From the NCBI GenBank assembly GCA_964057225.1, contig OZ059896.1, forward strand, positions 11,532,001-11,596,000: DNA of 64,000 nucleotides, written 5' to 3'. This document shows positions 11,615 to 21,890 of this stretch, piece by piece (position 1 is the first letter of the stretch; each line of letters begins with the position of its first letter). This DNA is from Auanema rhodensis. Taxonomy: Eukaryota > Animalia > Nematoda. The position numbers were made by a program, and so were the translations under genes. The notes below the pieces were generated by a model. It was not told the origin of the DNA. It worked only from the letters and a program-made list of their open reading frames with translations, and searched no databases.

Positions 11615-11664
11615 TTAGTAAAATGATCTAGTGTAACTTTTGTATTGCGCACGTGCGGTTCAAT

Positions 11665-12117
11665 ATGCCACACCTCCTTCTAGACTTGAACTCAATTCAA
11701 TGGACAACACTTTTGAATCAAGAAATGGGTGGGGCGCCATTTAGTGGAATGATGTTTCAACGTGGTATGCAGAGAGGTCATGGCCTGGGTGGTATACTGG
11801 TAACTTTGGCATCGTTTTTACCACGCATTATTCAATCACCTATAGCCCAAAATCTCATCAATGCTGGAAGGAATGCATTATCCAGTGCTGTAAGCAATAG
11901 TCCAGTTGTAAATTCACCTCTTGGCGGCCAGTTGCTAAAAACTAGCAATGAAATTGTTGATGGGGTGCTCAAGGGCAATAATATCAAGCAAACTCTTGAA
12001 ACAGCCGGCCGGCAGGCTATACGAGATCTTACCGGTTTGGGCAAGCGGCGACGACGCAAAACCACAAAACCTCATAAGCGTCTGTGCATAACTCGTGAGC
12101 GGTCGTATCGTATTTAA
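11665..12117 (+). CDS. Maverick core/membrane-active precursor protein (copy A)
   Basis: QEMGG, QRGHGLGG, an amphipathic segment and a basic tail. Homologue at 47983-48435. Confidence 0.7.
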   Translation: MPHLLLDLNSIQWTTLLNQEMGGAPFSGMMFQRGMQRGHGLGGILVTLASFLPRIIQSPIAQNLINAGRNALSSAVSNSPVVNSPLGGQLLKTSNEIVDGVLKGNNIKQTLETAGRQAIRDLTGLGKRRRRKTTKPHKRLCITRERSYRI

Positions 12118-13517
12118 ATGGCTAAATTGATAGATTCAAAATCACCACAAGCACTTTTACCTAATATTAATTATAGTGACATACCGGCGTCGGCATTAGG
12201 TGTTGAATCCACTCGTACTGTACAAGTTCCTTCAAAAAATACTTTTCTTCCTCAAGGACCATGGGAATTTGTTATAGCACAAAATTCCAAATCATTTCTT
12301 AATCTGAGAAGGTGTTGGTTGAATGTAAAATTCAAAATTGTAACCACAAACGGCGATCCAGTACCAGACAACCTTGTTTTTGCACCATGCCAACAATTTG
12401 CAGCCAGTTTGATACACTCGTATCATTTAAAAATTGGTGATGTTAGCGTGTATGACTCTACCGTAAATCATGCCTACAAAACATATATTGAGAATATTCT
12501 AATGTATAGCAACGATGTTAAAGAGAGCAAACTTGCCATAGCAGGCTATTATGCGGATAGATATATAGATAATGCAGCCAGTCCTGGATTTAGAGCGCGA
12601 AAGCTTGTTAAAAAAAAAAAAAAAAAAAAAGGGCTTGTTAAAAATGGCATATTGTGTGAGATGGCTGCTCCCATCAGTATCGACTTATTCAATCAGGAAC
12701 GACTGTTTGTAAACTATTCAAAAATGGAGCTAACTGCATATCCAAACCGTGATAATTTCTTAATTGACACACTTGGATGGAATAATGAAAGCAAAGATGC
12801 TGCAATGAAGGAGGAGTTTCCAAACCTGAAAATAGATATCAACGATGTACACTTGCTTATTCAAGAGTTTGATCTAAACGCTGGATTAGCTATGGCTATA
12901 GAAGATAAACTTGTGAAGGAACGAAAACACTACCCCATGACGTCAGTGAAAATGCGATCTTATTTCATAGAAGGAGGCCGTTTGGATTCACCCAATAACA
13001 TATTATTCACGTCGCATACACCGAAACGTGAGTAGAGAGCCATGCCGAATTTACTAACCACGCCCCCAAACAGTTGCTAAAAACATACTTTTGAGGGCGT
13101 CAGCTGCTAAAAACATACTTTTGGGGTCGTCAGCTGTCAAAATCATATTTTCGGCGTCAGCTGTCAAAAATACACTTTTCCTCCCGAGGCAGGCTCTCGA
13201 GCGTGCGCATGGATCAAAATGCATGATTTTTTTTAATCTTTTTTAAAATTATTTTTTAATGTATTTTTAAATGAATTTTTAGAGTTCAGTCACCAGCAAT
13301 GTATAAAACCGGCTTCACATTTTTTGTATTTGATATTTCACCGACTGTACACTCGTCCGAGTTATTTGATGTTATACGACAAGGTAATGTGGCCCTGAAA
13401 TTGGAATTTGGCCAACAAACGCCGCAAGAGGGTTTATATGCTATTGTTTATGCAGAATATGACTCTATTCTTTCAATTGACAACAATCGTGCTCCATATA
13501 TTGATACCAGTTTGTAA
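12118..13517 (+). pseudogene. Major capsid protein, interrupted
   Basis: Homologous to 48436-49770. Carries a 30-nt insertion at ~12603-12632, and ~230 nt are replaced by a Maverick terminal fragment at 13031-~13288. Confidence 0.9.
13031..13288 (+). mobile_element. Isolated Maverick terminus (TIR fragment) nested in the MCP gene
   Basis: Begins exactly AGTAGAGAGCCATGCCGAATTT, as at 33109 and 36897. Confidence 0.88.
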
Positions 13518-13651
13518 TGTATGTAATAAACTCTTTAAAACATTTGATGAGAAGAATAAAATTTATTAATACAACTATACATAAAAATCTATAAAACCAA
13601 ATACAAATATACACGCAATAATAAAATTTATAAATTCAAATATATTGAAAA

Positions 13652-14938
13652 TTATTCACAATAACCATAGGGTAAAGTACTAAAATCGTCTAGATAACAA
13701 AGTTCATTCATTACGACCTTGGTACTCTTTGTCATGTCCATCGTGGATATGGAACCAAGCTGTCTCTTTAATAACGTTGTTTTGGTTTTTAAAACCAATT
13801 TTTCTCCATCCATCACGAGTCCTCGAACCAATCGCTCCATACTTTGATAGTTTACCACGGTGGCTGCCGTGTGGTCCAGCGTCTGTAATTTTAAAAAGTT
13901 TCTCAATAATATATTTTTATACTTACCACTCCCTTTGCCTTGGTGATATACTTGACCTGACCAGCTGCATTTACTAGCTCATAACTATAAACTTTTGCAG
14001 CTGGTGAAACAAATTTGGTCATTGACCAACCATCGGGTATTTCTGAGGTTAGTTTACCTAACCATTCACACTTCATATCCTCAATTGGATCAGGCTGATC
14101 GAGGCATTTTAAATAAATTAGAGAATCGGTGTCTAAATGATGTACGTTTAAATTGTATACAAAGTATAAAATTACCTGTATACACCAAGTTCTTTCCAAT
14201 TTTTTCCATTGCCTTATACAATAGTAGCCTTGCATGAGCGGTTGTATAAGCCGCTATGGCTACATTTGTAAATGGCGCTGGTGCCAAGTGTGAGTCTTCT
14301 GGCACTGTTGTACAGTACGCCACATCGTCCACAATTTTGAAGCCCGTGAGCTCCCTTGCAGGATCAGTTATGATCCTACCAATTTCAGGATCCTCAACAC
14401 CAATAATCTTGGTTTGGGCTTTATCCGGTCTTTGACCCATTTTACCCCTTACACTATAAGCAAATTTGTAAATTTTTATTTTTAAAAGTTTACATACCTA
14501 TTCAGCTGTAGTTTGGCAATGCTACGTATGGCCGCATTCTTTTCAATTTTGTTGCTCTCCAGAGCAACACCAGTGTTCTTCTCGTGCTCTTGGAGATAAT
14601 TTAGCTGTAAAATGTTATTTAATGCCATACTTTTTATGAAACATACCTTTTCAGCCTCTGTCATATTTAGCTTAGGCCAGCCCGATGCCTCTTGCTTAAT
14701 TTTTATGTACTTTTGTACAAAATCCTTGAATAAGCCTCCTTGCTGCCATTCATCCCAGTGCCAAACCTCATAAACATGAAGCACTTTGTAGCCACGCTGT
14801 ATGGCACATTCGAGCTCTACATGCGTTACAGTCAGATGCAGCTTTCGAGCGTCTTCATCATCTTGGTGCGGGCATGTTACATTTTTGCCTCTGTTTGCAC
14901 ATGTGCGGCAGTTTGTAAAAATTAATTTACCGCCTATG
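13652..14938 (-). pseudogene. polB: pPolB 3' portion (motifs B and C and the C-terminus), cut by a Gypsy insertion
   Basis: 14118-14938 is essentially the reverse complement of 7463-8283. Contains YTDTDS, SPAAKVYSY, KAKG and the terminal TLPYGY. Confidence 0.9.
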
Positions 14939-15337
14939 TGTAATATCCTTAAGTTGGATATTAATATTCCATGATTGACCCTTAGATTGATGTGTTGTAA
15001 AAGAAACAATAAGATTTGAGGAAGAGAGAAAGATTTATTATAAATAAAAAACATTTAAACAATAAACAAATAAAGATAAAGATAAGTCCGCCAACTGAAG
15101 ATTCAGTTGAATGGCAAGCTTATATAGCGAATGTTATCAGCATTTTCCACGAAAGGTTATAAGTTGTCAATGACAATTATAACTATCTCGGAAAATGCTG
15201 AAGCTGCAAAATATAACTGATAACATAATACACTAAGACAAGAAACTAGAATTATAAAATATAAAATATAAAACACAGAATAAAGAAATACATAAAAATT
15301 ATAGAAAGAATAAAGTACATAATTATAAAGTATAACA
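14939..15337 (-). repeat. Gypsy 3' LTR, 399 bp
   Basis: Reverse complement of 10101-10499. Abuts polB sequence at CATAG. Confidence 0.9.
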
Positions 15338-15394
15338 TGCTACCGCTCTTGAAGTCCTGTGTCCTCACAGGTATGCATAAGGTTTCCAAAATTT

Positions 15395-17895
15395 TCATAA
15401 TGTTGCAGCAAGCTTTTTGATGAGATCCTTATGTACTTTTCTCATCTTTCCTTGACTCATTTCCAATTCCACATATGAGTTGTATACGCCTGTAATTTTG
15501 AACGGTCCATTATAAGTGGGTCGCAATTTGCCGTGAACCGTCATATCCTTCAATAGTACCATTTCACCTATTTCAAATATACGTGATGCTATTCGGTTAC
15601 TATTATTCAGCCGATTTTGTTGTTCAATTGATTTTAATTGAATTTTTTCTTGAATAGAATCCCAGGTATTTTTCCGGTTCTCATTTCTTTCCAATAATTC
15701 GTCATCTTCAGGAGAATTTAGATGAGGTTGTCCTGGTAATTGACGGTCCATAGGTAGGCGTGCGTCTCTTCCAAATAAAGCAATGTATGGGCTGATTCCG
15801 GTAGTTGTACTTGGGATTGTATTTAACGCGAATGTGATTTTAGGTAATTGTGAGGCCCATTGAGAGACACGGTTTTCAGCACAAGTGGATAAACATTCCT
15901 GGATGGTTCGATGTAGTCGTTCCACTTGACCGTTTGTATTTTTGTGATATGGCAGAGAGAAGGTTTGTACAATTCCAAATTCGTTGCACATTAACTTGAA
16001 TTCTTTAGATATAAAATTTCCTCCATTGTCAGACACGATGCTCACTGGTGGTCCAAAAATGAAGACGAAATTCGTCAGGAACTTTCGGACTGTTTCTTCG
16101 GCATTCTGTGTGCGTAAAGGTATGCTCGTTATCCATTTCGAAAAAGCATCTTGAATAGAAAGAATATATTTAAATCCATTAGTGCTAGGGGAAAAAGGTC
16201 CTGTCACATCCATATGAATCCTATCAAATGGTTTTTGTGGGGTAACAAACTTTCCATATGGTTCTCTCGTTGTATCATGTTGATTTATTTTCCTTTTTGC
16301 GCATGAGGCATTGGCTGACGATCTCTTTCGCATCTTCCATCATATTTGTCCAATGGAATCTTCTTGATAATGCTGCATGTGTTCTTTTGATTCCTTGATG
16401 CGCTCCAATTCTTGCGTCTTCATGAAAAAGTTTCGCAAGTACTTGATTCAATGTCTTTTGTTTTGGAATCATAATCCTTGGAGAAAGATATTGTTTGTTA
16501 GGTCGAGCATGCAAAACTCCGTCGATAACAATATATCTATCGCTATTAATCTGTTTAGGTTGTTCCGTTAACATATCAGCAATAGTTTCCTTAATCCATG
16601 GTGTTCCTTGTTGTAACTGAATTAGTTTGTCGGTATCCAGAGTTTCCACATTGGTTACATTTATGAGATAGTTGATGGTTTCTTGGATATCCGTTAAACT
16701 TGTTGTTGGCGTTGTCTTCTGTAGCTTCGGTTTAGGACCATCGTTAGCTTCGTTGCCTATGTATCTGGATAGTGCATCACATACACTATTCATACGTCCT
16801 GGACGGTACATAATCACAATATCATATTCCTGGATCATTAACTGATATTTCGCTAGTCTTCCAATAAGATCTCTTCTACTCATTAGACTGGTTAGTGGTC
16901 GATGATCCGTTATTAGCTTAGTTGACGTGCCTAAAACATATGTGCGAAATTGTTGTAATGCGTAGACGAGTGCCAAAGCTTCTAATTCGATAGGTGGGTA
17001 TTTTCTTTCTGTAGGTGAGAGCTTCCTACTTGCGAACGCAACAGGGTGTAATCCATTTCCTGTATCTTGTAGTAAGACTGCTCCAATTGCAATAGTACTA
17101 GCGTCACTTTCAATAACAAAAGGTGCTCCATTTGTTGGTGGCTTCAGAACTGGTGCTGTGCATAGAGCTTTCTTGAGAGTCTCGAATGCTTTTTCACGTT
17201 CTTCCGTCCATTCGAAATCTTGATCCTTGTGTGTGAGTTGATACAACGGTTCGGCTATTTTGGCGTAGTCTCTGATGAATCGCCGAAAATAATTTGTCAT
17301 TCCAAGGAATGAACGAATAGCGGTGACCGTTTTGGGAGTTGGAAATTTCTTAACGGCTGTAATTTTTGATGGATCAGGTTGTATTCCATCACGACCAATT
17401 ATAAATCCAAGAAATTTAACTTGTGTAGCTGCAAATTTGCATTTACTTAGTTTTGCTTTCATTCCTAATCCTTGTAAAGCTTGTAACACTTCTTCTATAT
17501 CCTCCAGATGTTGTTCAGCTGTGTTTGATATAATGAGTAGATCATCCAGATAAACAAAAAGTCGACATTTTACTTGATTTTGCAAATAGCGAACAGCTGA
17601 TTGAAATGTATGTGGAGCTCCACAGAGACCCATCGGCATTCTGCAATATTGATAAACTCTTGATGAGGTCACAAATGCAGTGAGGTGACGGTCTTCTTCA
17701 CGTAAAGGAATTTGAAAAAATCCCGATACGAGATCGATGTTTGTGAAGTATCGAGCTCCTGCAGTGCTGTCGATTATTTCTGGTATATGCGGAATAGAAT
17801 AAGTCTGTTTCTGTGTGACACTATTGAGTGCACGGAAGTCCGTTACAAAGCGGAATGAGTTGTCTTTCTTCTTGACTAAGACGACTGGACTTGTA
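15395..17895 (-). pseudogene. pol: Gypsy RT-RNase H-integrase, frameshifted
   Basis: The frame SPVVLVKKKD...YLDD...RNase H...HHCC...DDE is broken by a 2-nt loss near 16305 (intact in the + copy) and by a deletion/frameshift near 17895. Confidence 0.92.
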
Positions 17896-20800
17896 AAACT
17901 TGGGCAGGTCCATATCGGTTCTCAAAGTGATTGAATGTTCTATTGGTCCTTTGAATAATCCAATGTTCCGATCTTCGTTAAAAAAAGCATTTTTGAATCT
18001 TCTCAACATAGTTTTGAGATTTTGACGTTGATTTTTAGATAGATCCGTTGATTCGAATTTTAAGTTATCGAAAGGATTCTTCTCAAAAATAGGCAATTTA
18101 TCTGACCAATCAGCTTCTGGTGGAATATGGTCCGGTATATGTGGGATTCCAATTTCTTCTGCTATTTTTCCTTTTCCAATAATGGTGTTTCCTGTTAACT
18201 TCACCTCATAATTTGCTGTATTGATGGCGAATATTGTGAGTGGTGAAGTCTTGATAGCAGTAGGTGTGAATTGAATAGGTCCATTTCCACATCGTATAAG
18301 AGCGTATTGTTTTGGTTGTAGTTCTTTTGCCAATTGTAGACGAATCATAGCTTTAGTTCGGGGTGGAATAATAGATTCTCTAATGTTTATAATTGAAACG
18401 GTGTCTGAACTGATGCGAAAGCTCTTCTGGTTAGCGGATAATAATGGTAGAAAATGGTTTCCAACTATTAATTGCTTGCGTAGAGCTTGTAGAGAAGTTG
18501 TTATTCCTTTTTCTTCTAATGCTTTCATGATGTCCAAACCAAGTAACATTTCAGTAGGACAATGTTTATCCTCAGAGATTAAAAATGTGTGTGAAAGATG
18601 GTATCCAGCAATAACAATGTCCAACGTTATTGTACCCAGAAAGTTGAATATTGATCCATTTGCTGCGGTGGCAGAGATTTTAGTTGAGTTGAAATTCTCT
18701 TTTCCTAAATAGCGTACTGATGATTCCTTCAAATATGAAACAGATGCTCCGCTATCCCATAAAGCTACGAGTCCTCTGCCTTCTGCTTCGATTCTTATAT
18801 ATGGGAGTTCTCTTTTGTTTGTTGCACAGCATCCAACAAAAGGTATAATAATAGGAATAAAAGTGATGACAGTAGGAAAATATCTTCGAATAGTTTCGTC
18901 GTCGGCTGGAACATCGATGTCAGCGTTGAGTAGTTCGTGTTGTTCAACTGCATTCACATTTAAGATAGGAACTTTCTCTTTGATATAAGATACAACAATA
19001 ATGTATAATGCTGATCCAAAGATTAATATAACTATCATAACACCTGCAGAGATAAACATTCTGTTGAGGGATCCAGCAAAGAAATCAACTCCTCGTTCCC
19101 ATAGTGATGATGCAATATTTTGAGTAGAACTAAAAAGTTCGTTACTTTTTGTAAACCATTCTGATAAGCCTGGCAAATTCGCTTGATTCGTGATAACTCG
19201 TAGAAAATTTCTATGAGGATTGGTAGCGAAAATGTGTCCATATGTTAAGCTTATTGTTCTAACTAAGTTTTCATCGGTGATATTTTCATAAAGATTTCTT
19301 TGTGAAAATCGAATGGCTGCTAGATCGGGATACTGATCTGAACCAATGTTTAAAGCAGTTACGTTTGTAACTCCGTTGAGGGATTTCCATTCTCCATCCT
19401 CTTTCCATATATCATTTTCTACTGTTTCACATGGAATTTCAGTTCCATATGCTTCCAAATCTGCTGAATCTTGAGGTGCAAAGTAGAGGCGGTCATCATC
19501 CGTGATGACGGGTGTTTCTAAATAACACTTATCTTTGTATGTGTGGTTGCGATAAATGTGAATTGGTTCTATTGGCTGACAGGTTGAAACCCGAATAAGA
19601 TTCCGTCCAATTATTCGAGCCACTACATCATCTCGTTGCATAATAGATCGGATAGCAATCGTAGGATTGATATTAAATATAGCTTGCCATGTCTTAATAA
19701 GTTCAAGTTGAGCATGACATATGCTGTGATGTTGATGATGAAATTCTTCGACCAGTATGGTTCTCATTCGTTCAAATCCATAGTTGAGTTTGTTGATGGT
19801 AGTTAATGCATCTCGATGTCGAAGTATAGTATTCTGGTGATCAGTTAAGTGAGTGCCGAATAATTCTTGAGCTTTCTCTATGCTTCCAATCATGGGTTGC
19901 ATTGATGTCATCCCTTGAATAGTACTAATTGTTTGTTTTGTAGTAGATGATGTATTTACAACAGGTTTTGAGGTAGCACTAAGAAATCGTGCAGTTGGCG
20001 TAGTTTTAGTGGTGATAGAGCGACTGAATACTCTTTTTGTAATCTCTTCAGGTGCTGGTTTTGAAAACCATGACATTAAATCAGTTAATTGTTTAGCGTC
20101 AATATTGATGTTACGGCTGTAGAGATCTTCTTTATTCGAAGGCATCGGTATTCCAAAATTGGTTTCTCGGTTTCTGAGTGTCCAGTTATCCAACAGCTTT
20201 AATTTCATTTCATATACTTGATCTTTCACTTGTCGTTGCATAAAATGATTATGAAAGAACAGTTTCATTCGATAATATTCTATCAGTTGAGGTTGAGAAT
20301 ACTGATAGCGTAGTTCACGAAGTAATTCTTTTGCTTTATATACCACAGAACGTGGATCTCCAAATGTGAAGTTGAGATGGTTTTGATATACTGTGAATAT
20401 CAAAAATTCGAGTGGTGGCACATATTCTGTTTCGGATAAGATTGCAGGTATTTGTATCAATTCCCATAATTTATCTCTTGCAACCGAAATTGTAGAATTG
20501 CCTGGTTTAACTATTCTTTTTATATAATTGATAGGAAGTCGGTGTGCTAGTTGACCGACGACAAAACTAGGCTCCATTTGTTCGATCCACATTTTTGTAA
20601 TCATCTTGCTTTCTTCTCCTCCTAGAGCATGTAGTAAGAGAATATTCGGATCGCGGAAGTCTTTTAAATTTGCCCAGTAATCTATAGTATGATCAGTAAT
20701 GTTCAAAATATGGACAGCTGACAGCAAAAATTGATGATATCGAGCAATAACAGTCAGGTTCTGATATTCGTTGCTAACTGATTGATAGTGATACCAGTTA

Positions 20801-21190
20801 TGAATATATCGTATGGTATTTCCGCCAAACGTGACAGTATATCTAGCAAACGGTAGATCCAATATTTGAATAGGAGTTAACTTATATTCCATTTCTGAGC
20901 GAAATGACGCAATTAAGGATGAATTTGTTGAACGTTTATAGCGTTGGCGTGAAGGATCCATTTGATAATCCAAATAACTTGTTAGATCCAGTAGAGAATA
21001 TGCATGCGGATAATCAATAAACGAGACAAGAGTCTCAGTAGTGGATTCAAAAATTGGTGAAGAAAAACAAGATTGAGTTGTAGTAGATGCTGAGGTGTTG
21101 GCTAAGACAAGTGCTGTTTCTAGACTTGATATTAGCAGTGTTTGATCTCCAAGTATTCCATACAGAGGTCCAATACGTGTGTATTGGCGT
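17896..21190 (-). CDS. Env-like (gB/class III fusogen-like) glycoprotein fused in frame to the aspartic protease and RT start; 5'-truncated
   Basis: The frame stays open from ~21190. Furin site RYKR (~20935); ICHAQ..NPT..IR....RDDVVARIIG..VSTC..CYLETPV..IPC (~19720-19430); transmembrane segment (~19060-18985); LWDSGASVS (~18755). Confidence 0.8.
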
Positions 21191-21890
21191 TTTGTTCATT
21201 AAAATATGATAAATAGCTGTACACCACATGTACCAAGTTGTCTAATATTTTCAAATTACATGAAAGAATAGTTTAAAGAACCTTTTTTTTTAAATTTTAT
21301 ATTAGTATATTCTAATATACTAACTCAATAAAACACATATCGAAGGTTAATTCGATAGGATTCACAAACAATTGTGTTGTTTCCAATGGAACACATATCG
21401 AAGATTAATTCGATAAGATCGTTAAAACAGGTGCGCTGACCCACACATGTACCACATGGCAAAAGTTTTGTTCATTAAAATATGATAAATAGCTGTACAG
21501 CACAAGTACCCATAACGCTAAAAAGAATACTTACCATGCCAAGGGGTCATGGGTATATACGAATATTTTCAAACTTTTTAGTATCAAAAATGTTATTGGA
21601 ACACATATCGAATATTAATTCGATAAGATTGGTGAAACAGATACGTTGACCTACAATGAACCAAATGGCAAAGCACTTGTTCATTGAAGTATAACAATTA
21701 GCTGTATAGCATATGCATCAAGATTTCTAATATTCTCAAATTACGTGGAAAGAAGAGTATATAGAAAAAGTTTTAGTGTGTATATTACTAATATTCTAAT
21801 ACACTAACTCAATGGAACACATATCGAAGATTAATTCGATAAGATCGATAAGAAGAAACAGGTGCGCTGACCACAACAATTCATGCGTAT
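21188..21890 (+). repeat. Maverick subterminal repeat block joined directly to the satellite
   Basis: Matches ~728-1408 and 33956-34655. Confidence 0.9.

Larger units (their letters stand above)
10500..14938. mobile_element. Maverick copy A, central block (zinc-finger locus, protease, core protein, MCP, polB 3' end), decayed
   Basis: Collinear with, and in the same orientation as, ~46780-51195 of copy B. Bounded on both sides by Gypsy LTR ends. Confidence 0.92.
14939..21190 (-). mobile_element. Ty3/Gypsy LTR retrotransposon with an env-like gene; gag and 5' LTR are deleted
   Basis: Domain order env-like, PR, RT, RH, INT, LTR. RT motifs IDLVSGFFQIPL, RMPMGL and YLDD. Integrase with GPF. Confidence 0.93.

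Noticed and set aside
7463-17331. A single simple inverted duplication or LTR-LTR inversion explaining 7.5-17.3 kb
   Set aside because: The order of the polB and Gypsy parts differs between the two arms, the LTR flanks differ, and the + polB copy has an empty insertion site. At least two insertions plus deletions are needed.
20990-21000. AGTAGAGA as another Maverick terminus
   Set aside because: The match ends after 8 nt and lies within the open env frame.
14939-21190. BEL/Pao assignment (nematode env-bearing elements are often BEL)
   Set aside because: The RT (DLVSGFFQIPL, MPMGL, YLDD), RNase H and GPF integrase motifs are Ty3/Gypsy type.
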